Assembly (NCBI RefSeq): GCF_902652985.1
Contig: NC_047033.1
Span: 25,482,001 to 25,546,000 of the forward strand
DNA from: Pecten maximus
Lineage: Eukaryota
Direction of reading: 5' to 3'
Length of the DNA stretch: 64,000 nucleotides
A program made the translations under genes and the position numbers. The notes below the pieces were generated by a model. That model searched no databases and was not told the DNA's origin. It saw nothing but the letters and a program-made list of their open reading frames with translations. Of the stretch, positions 13,484 to 25,172 are shown piece after piece (position 1 is the stretch's first letter; each line of letters opens with the position of its first letter).

Positions 13484-15142
13484 ATGACCGAGTTAAGCTT
13501 CATCAACAAACCCCAGTCACAACCGATCAAATACAAGTCCATTGTTGACGTTTTCAATGAGAATGCGAGCGAGTTTCCGGAGAAGGAAATATGCATCCAG
13601 CGTTTCCCTGACGGATCTCGGCGTCCGATAACCTACAGCGACCTGAAGAGGAAGGCAGTGAAGACTGCTTCGTACCTGGTGGGTCAAGGTATTAAAGTAG
13701 GAGATAAAATAGGAATCGCGGGTCCTAACTCTATAGAATGGATCATCGGGGAGCTAGCTATCATCATGGCCGGTGCCGTTAGTGTTCATCTGCCAATGTT
13801 TGATGGGAATTTCCGGAAGACCCTCGAAGGAATACAGATTTCAGAATGTAAGTCAGTTCTACTTGATCCAGAGAATGACGTCAAGTTTTTAGAAGACGTC
13901 GAAGAATATGTAAGCAACAATCCTTCAAATGAAAGAAGTGGATCGAAGAACCTGGTCTTTGTCCTACTCCGGAAGATTGGGAAATCTTTCCTACCTGATT
14001 TGGAATCAATGGAAATATCAGATGAACATCAGCCAGAGCCACAACTTCCTCGAATCTTTCCGGAGACCCCCGCCATTATTTTCATGACATCTGGTTCAAC
14101 AGGAAAGCCTAAAATGGTCGAATGTACACATTTAGCATTAGTTAACACGGGATCCGCTAACATGTTCACTCGCGGTGTCGGCGGGAAAGGAGAATCATAC
14201 TTCAACGATCGACCTTTCTCCTGGATCGGAGGTAGTATTATATACTGTCTACTACAGGCGGACACTAGAGTGTTTCGGGATGGAAGGATAACTGCGAAAG
14301 GAGGCGATATTATGGACCTCTGGAATATCATCATGGAAGAAAAATGCACCAGTGGTCTTTTCCTGCCTTTCACCATCTATGATATGCTGCAGAACAAAGA
14401 TAAAATCGCCAAGACAGGATACCGAATGAAATCCGTCATCACTGGAGGTCAAATAATTAAACGTAAAGAGACAGGAATTCTAGGCGAGGTTTGTGAAAGC
14501 TTGTACATGTTGTATGGGTCAACAGAGGTAGGCATAGTGACTTACTGTCAAATAGACAGCCTCGTGGAAACTGGAAGTATTGGGTCTGTTTTACCCGGAG
14601 TTCAAATAAAAGTCGTTGGTGAAGATTTGAACACGGTTGTTCGTGGAGAAATGGGTACACTTTATATAAAATCACCTTGGATGTTGAAAGGATACTTCAA
14701 CGCAACAGAAGATCAAAATAAATCCATTGTAGACGGCTGGATGAATACAGGAGACGTCGGGATTCTAAGGACTGACGGACAACTCATAATCAAAGGGAAA
14801 ATGAACAACATCATCAAACGAGGCACTTTAAAGGTGGTATCTGGGGAGGTTGAAGAATGCATAGCCACAATTGCAGGTGTGAAAGATGCTGTTGTCATCG
14901 CAGTTCCAGATCCCCGTTTGTATGAAGAGGTTTGCGCATGCGTTGTGTTAGATAAACATACCTCAGTTACCATACAGGATGTTCGGACTCGCTGCGCAGA
15001 AAACCTTGGGGACAATATCGTAGGACAAGCCCCTACTTTTTACCTCGAGTTTGACACACTGCCACAACTAGGAACGGGAAAACCGGACAAGGTCAAAATT
15101 AAACAGGACGTAATGAGCAGATTGGGCATCAGTACTCAGTAA
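13484..15142 (+). CDS. Acyl-CoA synthetase / AMP-binding enzyme (ANL superfamily), copy 3, intact, 552 aa
   Basis: Open 1659-bp frame with all ANL motifs. Several substitutions relative to copy 2 (GSAN, FSWIGG, SLVETGSIG). Confidence 0.93.
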   Translation: MTELSFINKPQSQPIKYKSIVDVFNENASEFPEKEICIQRFPDGSRRPITYSDLKRKAVKTASYLVGQGIKVGDKIGIAGPNSIEWIIGELAIIMAGAVSVHLPMFDGNFRKTLEGIQISECKSVLLDPENDVKFLEDVEEYVSNNPSNERSGSKNLVFVLLRKIGKSFLPDLESMEISDEHQPEPQLPRIFPETPAIIFMTSGSTGKPKMVECTHLALVNTGSANMFTRGVGGKGESYFNDRPFSWIGGSIIYCLLQADTRVFRDGRITAKGGDIMDLWNIIMEEKCTSGLFLPFTIYDMLQNKDKIAKTGYRMKSVITGGQIIKRKETGILGEVCESLYMLYGSTEVGIVTYCQIDSLVETGSIGSVLPGVQIKVVGEDLNTVVRGEMGTLYIKSPWMLKGYFNATEDQNKSIVDGWMNTGDVGILRTDGQLIIKGKMNNIIKRGTLKVVSGEVEECIATIAGVKDAVVIAVPDPRLYEEVCACVVLDKHTSVTIQDVRTRCAENLGDNIVGQAPTFYLEFDTLPQLGTGKPDKVKIKQDVMSRLGISTQ

Positions 15143-16816
15143 ACTGTTCACGACAGGAAGAGACATTTTCTTTGACATAATTTGGATAAATAGTTTTATT
15201 AATGGGCCTTTAGGTCGAGTAGGACCGTGTACCCTAATTATAGGCGTGATATAGATGATGAAATTATCAAGATCATATACTTAATCAGGTCCAAACCAGA
15301 TAACAGATTTTCTATTTTACGAGGTAAGCTTTTATTTTGCATTGTTGGTATATTAATTTGTATGGTTTGTAAAAGCTGCTACTTTAGAAATTTTGAATGA
15401 GGGAAACAGTGGATTTGTATTAACTACATTTGTATGGTGATTGTCAGCCCCTACGATTTGACGATTTCATCTATTGTTCTTTGTTAGAATTGTGTACAAT
15501 TGTATACATGTTGATGATGTTGCTTTTGTAACTCGTCAAAGATATGATATTCATTGCCGGTTGTTGCGGGTGGACGTTAAGGCCATAGATGTAAATGTTA
15601 AGATCAGAGATGTGGATGTTGATGTCATGCATGTAGATATTAAGGTCATACCAAGTCTGTGTCTTTGTCATAACCCAAGAGTAGGATCACGTGCGTTTGA
15701 TGTTTTTGATAAAAGCGACATAATCAAAGTTGTGACATTGATGTCGAACTCCCAAGATAAAATACATTGTTATATATCATATAGATATCATTAGCCATCA
15801 CATAAATATCCGGATTCTGTCAGTTTTGTATGTTACCGTATTGTGTGACGTAACTTTTGTACATCTCCGGAAGTTGTTTTTATACTTAGGTAGTTGAACA
15901 AATGGTTGAACTCCAACCACGTGTTTGCCGATTCTCTCAATCAAATAACTATCACAAACCAAACTACTTCCCCATACACACAACGTAACTAGACCTTCGT
16001 TCCATCAACGTGACTCAACTTTACTGATATTTTCCCATAGGAAAGCATTACAGAATTGAGAGAAGGTTGCTTACTGAGATATTATCCTTAAATGATGTCA
16101 TGATTTCCTAGAAAAATTAAAGTTAAGGGATTTCCTTAAGTTTAAGAACATTGATGAATGCGCATGCGTATCTGCGTGTTTACGTCAGCTGAGCCACGAA
16201 CATGAATGTGTAGCGTCCTAACGGAGAGATCTAATAAGGCCGATGTGCAGTTAATCGAAAAGTTTCTTTTCCTGCACCAATACCATTACTTAATCAATTC
16301 AAAACCAGTGAGCTTGAATATATTAATTTCAAAGAAACAACGATTTGCTGAACATCCGATATGCAGTTGTTAACATTGTTCAAGATTTTATTGGATTCTG
16401 CAGGTACTGTCGTCGGTCCGTTTGATTAAAAAATGCATCAAACCTTTTGATTTTGTATATTTTTTAAGTAATAGACACCGAGTCAAAATATCATACTAAA
16501 CCCATGGCAAGGCTGACAATGTGTATTTCTTGTCAAGTTATGTTGGGCGAGAAACGGAGAAAAAGCTGCATTAAGTGTATTTGTAATTTAATATAATTGG
16601 GTACTATGGTTATTTTTATCAAATGATATTTTATGTAAATAGAATAAACAATCCGGTAGTGCTGCAAACAAGAGACAAAACGGGCCTGTATTGCTCGCCT
16701 GTTTCTGATAGCTATTGTTAAAGACGAAATGCGTTTGACACTTTGATAACTTTCCCGCTACAGTTCCTAACTAATCTAATGCCTTCATTGATCAAATTCA
16801 TCAAAATTGCACCTTG

Positions 16817-18742
16817 CACACAAGACACCAAATGTAAACCACAACGTCAACACAAGACACCAAACGTACACCACAACGTCAACACAAGACATCAAACGTA
16901 CATCAGTGTCAACACAAGACACCAAACGTACACCACACTGTCAACACAAGACATCAAACGTACACTACAACGTCAACAAAAGACACCAAACGTACAGCAC
17001 AGTGTCAACACAAGACACCAAACGTTCAACACAGTGTCAACACAAGACACCAAACGTACACCAAAGTGTCAACACAAGACAACAAACGTACACCAGTGTC
17101 AACATAAGACACCAAACGTACACCACAGTGTCAACACAAGACACCAAACGTACACCACAGTGTCAACACACGATACCAAACGTACACCAGTGTCAACACA
17201 TGACACCAAACGTACACCAAAGTGTCAACACACATCACACCTACACCACAACGTCAACACAAGACACCAAACGTACACCACAACGTCAACACAAGACACC
17301 AAACGTACACCACAACGTCACCAAAAGACACCAAACATACACCACTCTCAACACATGACACCAAACGTACACCACAACGTCACCAAAAGACACCAAACAT
17401 ACACCACAACGTCAACACAAGACACCAAACGTACACCACAACGTCAACACAAGACACCAAACGTACACCACAACGTCAACACAAGACACCAAACGTATAC
17501 CTCAACGTCAACACAAGACACCAAACTACACCACAACGTCACCAAAAGACCCCAAACATACACCACAACGTCTTGTGGACCCCAAACGTACACCACACTG
17601 TCAACACAAGACACCAAACGTCAACCAGTGTCAACACAAAACACCAAACGTACACCACACTGTCAACACAAGACACCAAACGTCCACCACAGTGTCAACA
17701 CAAGACACCAAAGGTACACCACACTGTCAACACAAGACACCAAACGTTCAACACAGTGTCAACACAAGACACCAAACGTACACCAAAGTGTCAACACAAG
17801 ACAACAAACGTACACCACAACGCCAACACAAGACACCAAACGTACACCACACTGTCAACACAAGACACCAAACGTACACCACACTGTCAACACAAGACAC
17901 CAAACTTCAACCAAAGTGTCAACACAAGACACCAAACGTACACCACACTGTCAACACAAGACACCAAACGTCAACCAAAGTGTCAACACAAGACATCAAA
18001 CGTACACCACACTGTCAACACAAGACACCAAACGTACACCACATTGTCAACACAAGACACCAAACGTACACCACACTGTCAACACAAGACACCAAACGTA
18101 CACCACAATGTCAACACAAGACTCCAAACGTACACCACAGTGTCAACACAAGACACCAAACGTATACCTCAACGTCAACACAAGACACCAAACGTCAACC
18201 AGTGTCATCAACACAAAACACCAAACGTACACCACACTGTCAACACCAGACACCAAACGTCCACCACAGTGTCAACACAAGACACCAAACGTACACCACA
18301 CTGTCAACACAAGACTCCAAACGTCCACCACAGTGTCAACACAAGACACCAAACGTACACCAAAGTGTCAACACAAGACAACAAACGTACACCACACTGT
18401 CAACACAAGACACCAAACATACACCACACTGTCAACACAAGACAACAAACGTACACCACACTGTCAACACAAGACACCAAACTTCAACCAAAGTGTCAAC
18501 ACAAGACACCAAACGTCCACCAGTGTCAACACAAGACACCAAACGTACACCACACTGTCAACACAAGACACCAAACGTCCACCACAGTGTCAACACAAGA
18601 CACCAAACGTACACCACACTGTCAACACAAGACACCAAACGTACACCACAATGTCAACACAAGACTCCAAACGTACACCACAACGCCAACACAAAACACC
18701 AAACGTACACCACAGTGTCAACATATGACACCAAATATACAC
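16817..18742. repeat. 32-bp minisatellite, array 3 (longest, ~1.9 kb)
   Basis: Same unit, dominated by the CACACTGTC variant. Confidence 0.95.
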
Positions 18743-19349
18743 AATTGATATAGATGATGAAACTCTCAAGATCATATACTTAACCAGGTCTTACACCAGA
18801 TAATACATTTTCAACTTTAACTTTATTTGATTAAAGATATCCAGATCTTTATAACAAAGGAAACTTTTATTTTGTTTTTATTTTTGGTATATTAATTTCT
18901 ATGGTATGTAAAAGCTGCTTATTTAGAAATTTTGATTGTCAGCGAAGGCGGATTAGACCACTTCATCTATTCTTGAAATGTGGACGATTGCTAATCTGTT
19001 TATAAAGTTGCTTTTGTAGCTCGTAGCTCCTGACCAATAGGATATTCAGTGTCGATGTTGCGTGTGAATGTTTATGTCATGCATGTAAATGTCAAGGTCA
19101 TGCAGGTATAGCTACTGTTATAGACGAAAGGCATTTGTCACTTTGACTACTTCCCCCTACAGCAGTAGCTACAGGTCCTAATTAATATAATGACTTCATT
19201 TATCCTATTCATGAAAATTTGCAACTTACGTATTCATGTTAACTTGTAACTAAATGATTAACCTTTAAGGGGCTAAATAATTGGGGTCAACAAGTAGACA
19301 TTTCAAAACACTCGAATAAAGTATTGATCGGTGAATGGTCTCAAAAACA

Positions 19350-19922
19350 AAGACACAAAACGTACAACATCCGACATCAAATATACACCACAGTGTCAAC
19401 ACAAGACACCAAACTTACACCACAGTGTCAACACACGACACCAAACGTACAACACAGTGTCAACACACGACACCAAACGTACAACACAGTGTCAACACAC
19501 GACACCAAACGTACAATACAGTGTCAACACACGACACCAAACGTACAACACAGTGTCAACACACGACACCAAACGTACAATACAGTGTCAACACACGACA
19601 CCAAACGTACAATACAGTGTCAACACACGACACCAAACGTAGACCAGTGTCAACACACGACACCAAACGTACACCATAATGTCAACACACGACACCAAAC
19701 GTACAACACAGTGTCAACACACGACACCAAACGTACACCACAGTGTCAACACACGACACCAAACGTACACCAGTTTCAACACACGACACCAAACGTACAC
19801 CATAATGTCAACATACGACACCAAACGTACAACACAGTGTCAACAGACGACACCAAACGTACACCACAGTGTCAACACAAGACACCAAACTTACATCATA
19901 ATGTCAACACAAGACACGAAAT
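19350..19922. repeat. 32-bp minisatellite, array 4
   Basis: Same unit, dominated by ACACACGAC...TACAACACAGTGTC variants. Confidence 0.9.
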
Positions 19923-20330
19923 TTACACAAAGAAACAATACACCGACAAACTCATATACACTGTATACGGTATAAAATAGCCATGTAAGGATACCTTCTT
20001 TTTCTGGATACTACGAATTGAAAGAGAAAGTCATTGTTAATGATCGGTATCAGATAATGAATGAACATTACATTGTTATCAGAAAAAAAATACTCATTTC
20101 TTAACAGAAATTTCAGAATTTGCTCCGACTGGCGAAACAATGTCGACATATTTGAAATAACCATGCAGTATTCAGCAACATGCACGAACGTGGAATAATT
20201 TAAGCATCGGTTGAGTTTGAGCGCTGTATGAAAATTGAAACAAAAAGTATTAAGAAGTGATACAACAACATCTTAAAACCAGAATTCGTTTTTAGGTGCT
20301 TCATGTTGGATCCCAATGTTTTCACTTTAG

Positions 20331-21982
20331 ACAAGAGGCCCAATGGGCCTGTATCGCTCACCTGGCTCTACAGCAAATTTGCAGTTGATTAAGGTCATTT
20401 CTACAGATTCTATGCTGATAGCAACTTTATTCAAATATCAGAGTAAGCTAGGTTTATTCATGTCAATAATTTTTCTAGTCCTTCATTCCAGCATACTATT
20501 GGCCTAAGATCTGGTCTTGGTGACTCTTGGCTCTAAGCATGCTACAGACAGGCCCAATATCAAATCCCTGGGCCTCTTGGTTATTGAGAAGAAGTCTTTT
20601 AAAGATTTTAGCCTATTTGACCCATGTGACCTTGAATGAAGGTCAATGTTATATATCTGAACAAACTTAGTAGCCCTTCACCCCAGCATACTACAGGCCC
20701 AATATTAAGTCCCTGGGCCTCTTGGTTATTGAGAAGTAGTCGTTTGAAGATTATAACCTATTTGACACATGTAACCTTGAATGAAGGTCAAGGTCATTCA
20801 TTTGAACAAACTTGGTAGCACTTCACCCCAGCATGCTACAGGCCCAATATCAAGTCCCTGGGCCTCTTGGTTATTGAGAAGAAGTCGTTTGAAGATTATA
20901 ACCTATTTGACACATGTAACCTTGAATGAAGATCAAGGTCATTCATTTGAACAAACTTGGTAGCACTTCACCCCAGCATGCTACAGGCCCAATATCAAGT
21001 CCCTGGGCCTCTTGGTTATTGAGAAGAAGTCGTTTGAAGATTATAACCTATTTGACCCATGTGACCTTGAATGAAGGTCAAGGTCATTTTTTTAACAAAC
21101 TTGGTAGCACTTCACCCCAGCATGCTACAGGCCTAATATCAAGTCCCTGGGCCTCTTGGTTATTGAGAAGAATTTGTTTGAAGATTATTGCTTATTTGAC
21201 CCATGTAACCTTGAATGAAGGTCAATGTGATTTATTTGAACAAACTTGGTAGCCCCTCACCCGTGCATGCTACAGGCCCAATATCAAGTCCCTGGGCCTC
21301 TTGGTTATTGAGAAGAAGTCGTTTGAAGATTATAACCTATTTGACCCATGTGACCTTGAATGAAGGTCAAGGTCATTTATTTTAACAAACTTGGTAGCAC
21401 TTCACCCCAGCATGCTACAGGCCTAATATCAAGTCCCTGGGCCTCTTGGTTATTGAGAAGAATTTGTTTGAAGATTATTGCTTATTTGACCCATGTAACC
21501 TTGAATGAAGGTCAATGTGATTTATTTGAACAAACTTGGTAGCCCCTCACCCGTGCATGCTACAGGCCCAATATCAAGTCTCTGGGCCTCTTGGTTATTG
21601 AGAAGAAGTTGTTTAAAGAATATAGCCTATTTGTCCCATGTGACCTTGTATGAAGATCAAGGTCATTTATTTGAACAAACTTGGAAGCCCTTTACCCTAG
21701 CATGGTACAGGCCCAATATCAAGTCCCTGGGCCTCTTGGTTATTGAGAAGAAGTCGTTTAAAGATTATAGCCTATTTGACCTTTGTGACCTTGAATGAAG
21801 GTCAATGTCATTCATTTGAACAAACTTGGTAGCCCTTCACCTCAGGATACTACAGGCCTAATATCAAGTCCCTGGGCCTTTTGGTCATTGAGAAGAAGTT
21901 GTTTAAATGAAAAAGTTGACGCCGGACGGACGGACGCCGCACCATGGCATAAGCTCATTTGCCCTTCGGGCAGGTGAGCTAA
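20331..21982 (-). mobile_element. Non-autonomous Helentron-like element (HINE/DINE-1 type), family A, with ~9 internal 145-bp repeats
   Basis: Subterminal IR GCTCACCTG / CAGGTGAGC. Terminal hairpins AGGCCCAATGGGCCT and GCTCATTTGCCC-TTC-GGGCAGGTGAGC. (GGAC)n microsatellite. 145-bp period (20636, 20781, 20926). Confidence 0.85.
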
Positions 21983-22576
21983 CAACAACGATTTGCTTTG
22001 CATTCGATATTTAGTTTTGTTCAAGATTTTGTTGGATTCGGCCGGTATTGTCGTCGGTCCTTTTGATTAGAAAAATTGTGTGAACTCTATGATTTTGTAT
22101 AGTTGTAATAGACACCATATTAAACACATCTGAAGGCTGATAATATTTTTTCCTGGTTATGTTGTTATTTTGGTTGGGAAAAGGAGGAAAATCTGCGTTA
22201 CGTATATTTGGAATTTTGATATAATTGGGTACTATCGTTATTTTTATCAAATGAAATTTAATGTAACAAGAATAAAGAATCCGGTAGTGCTTCAAACAAG
22301 ATACACAACGGGCCTGTATTGCTCGCCTGCTTCTGACAGCTACTGTTATGGACGAAAGGTATTTGTGACTTTGACTACTTTCCCCATACAACAGTAGCTA
22401 CAGCTCCCTACTAATCTAATGACGTCATTAATCAAATTCATCTAAATTGCACCTTATTCATTCATGTCAACTTGTAACTAAATGATTAACATTCCAGTGG
22501 CTAAATGAATGGGGTCAACATGTAGACATTTCAAAACACTCGATTAAAGTATGTATCGGTGAATGGTCTCAAAAAA

Positions 22577-22715
22577 AGACACGAAACGTACAACACAGTG
22601 TCAACACACGACATCAAATGAACACCAAAATGTCAACACACGACACCAAACTTACATCAAAGTGTCAACACATGACATCAAACGTACACCACACTGTCAA
22701 CACAAGACACGAAAT
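22577..22715. repeat. 32-bp minisatellite, array 5 (~4 units)
   Basis: Same unit and flanks, short. Confidence 0.8.
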
Positions 22716-23122
22716 TTACACAAAAAAACGATACACCGACAAACTCATATACACTGTATACGGTATAAAATAGCCATGTAAGGATACCTTCTTTTTCTGG
22801 ATACTACGAATTGAAAGAGAAAGTCATTGTTAATGATCGGTATCAGATAAGGAATGAACATTACATTGTTATCAGAAAAAAAATACTCATTTCTTAACAG
22901 AAATTTCAGAATTTGCTCCGACTGGCGAAACAATGTCGACATATTTGAAATAACCATGCAGTATTCAGCAACATGCACGAACGTGGAATAATATAAGCAT
23001 CGGTTGTGTTTGAGCGCTGTATGAAAATTGAAACAAAAAGTATTAAGAAGTGATACAACAACATCTTAAAACCAGAATTCGTTTTAGGTGCTTCATGTTG
23101 GATCCCAATGTTTTCACTTTAG

Positions 23123-24485
23123 ACAAGAGGCCCAATGGGCATGTATCGCTCACCTGGCTCTACAGCAAATTTGCAGTTGATTAAGGTCATTTCTACAGAT
23201 TCTATGCTGATAGCAACTTTATTCAAATATCAGAGTAAGCTAGGTTTATTCATGTCAATAATTTTTCTAGTCCTTCATTCCAGCATACTATTGGCCTAAG
23301 ATCTGGTCTTGGTGACTCTTGGCTCTAAGCATGCTACAGACAGGCCCAATATCAAGTCCCTGGGCCTCTTGGTTATTGAGAAGAAGTCTTTTAAAGATTT
23401 TAGCCTATTTGACCCATGTGACCTTGAATGAAGGTCAATGTTATATATCTGAACAAACTTGGTAGCCCTTCACCCCAGCATACTACAGGCCCAATATTAA
23501 GTCCCTGGGCCTCTAGGTTATTGAGAAGTAGTCGTTTGAAGATTATAACCTATTTGACGAATGTAACCTTGAAGGAAGGTCAAGGTCATTCATTTGAACA
23601 AACTTGGTAGCACTTCACCCCAGCATGCTACAGGCCCAATATCAAGTCCCTGGGCCTCTTGGTTATTGAGAGGTAGTCGTTTGAAGATTATAACCTATTT
23701 GACACATGTAACCTTGAATGAAGGTCAAGGTCATTCATTTGAACAAACTTAGTAGCACTTCACCCCAGCATGCTACAGGCCCAATATCAAGTCCCTGGGC
23801 CTCTTGGTTATTGAGAAGAAGTCGTTTGAAGATTATAACCTATTTGACCCATGTGACCTTGAATGAAGGTTAAGGTCATTTATTTTAACAAACTTGGTAG
23901 CACTTCACCCCAGCATGCTACAGGCCTAATATCAAGTCCCTGGGCCTCTTGGTTATTGAGAAGAATTTGTTTGAAGATTATTGCTTATTTGACCCATGTA
24001 ACCTTGAATGAAGGTCAATGTGATTTATTTGAACAAACTTGGTAGCCCCTCACCCTTGCATGCTACAGGCCCAATATCAAGTCTCTGGGCCTCTTGGTTA
24101 TTGAGAAGAAGTTGTTTAAAGAATATAGCCTATTTGTCCCATGTGACCTTGTATGAAGATCAAGGTCATTTATTTGAACAAACTTGATAGCCCTTAATCC
24201 TAGCATGGTACAGGCCCAATATCAAGTCCCTGGGCCTCTTGGTTATTGAGAAGAAGTCGTTTAAAGATTATAGCCTATTTGACCTTTGTGACCTTGAATG
24301 AAGGTCAATGTCATTCATTTGAACAAACTTGGTAGCCCTTCACCTCAGGATACTACAGGCCTAATATCAAGTCCCTGGGCCTTTTGGTCATTGAGAAGAA
24401 GTTGTTTAAATGAAAAAGTTGACGCCGGACGGACGGACGCCGCACCATGGCATAAGCTCATTTGCCCTTCGGGCAGGTGAGCTAA
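23123..24485 (-). mobile_element. HINE-type element, family A, duplicate copy with two fewer 145-bp monomers
   Basis: Near-identical termini and flanks to 20331-21982, but 289 bp shorter. Confidence 0.85.
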
Positions 24486-25073
24486 CAACAACGATTTGCT
24501 TTGCATTCGATATTTAGTTTTGTTGAAGATTTTGTTGGATTCGGCCGGTATTGTCGTCGGTCCTTTTGATTAGAAAAATTGTGTGAACTCTATGATTTTG
24601 TATAGTTGTAATAGACACCATATTAAACACATCTGAAGGCTGATAATATTTTTTCCTGGTTATGTTGTTATTTTGGTTGGGAAAAGGAGGAAAATCTGCG
24701 TTACGGATATTTGGAATTTTGATATAATTGGGTACTATCGTTATTTTTATCAAATGAAATTTAATGTAACAAGAATAAAGAATCCGGTAGTGCTTCAAAC
24801 AAGATACACAACGGGCCTGTATTGCTCGCCGGCTTCTGACAGCTACTGTTATGGACGAAAGGTATTTGTGACTTTGACTACTTTCCCCATACAACAGTAG
24901 CTACAGCTCCGTACTAATCTAATGACGTCATTAATCAAATTCATCTAAATTGCACCTTATTCATTCATGTCAACTTGTAACTAAATGATTAACATTCCAG
25001 TGGCTAAATGAATGGGGTCAACATGTAGACATTTCAAAACACTCGATTAAAGTATGTATCGGTGAATGGTCTC

Positions 25074-25172
25074 AAATGAACACCAAAATGTCAACACACG
25101 ACACCAAACTTACATCAAAGTGTCAACACACGACATCAAACGTACACCACACTGTCAACACAAGACACGAAA
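25074..25172. repeat. 32-bp minisatellite, array 6 (~3 units)
   Basis: Same unit and flanks, shortest version. Confidence 0.75.

Noticed and set aside
20636-24480. Recurrent 60-108 aa ORFs (MKVKVI...) and similar ORFs at 41.5-44.4, 59.3-60.2 and 62.6-63.8 kb
   Set aside because: They are translations of non-coding internal repeats of the HINE-type elements and satellites.
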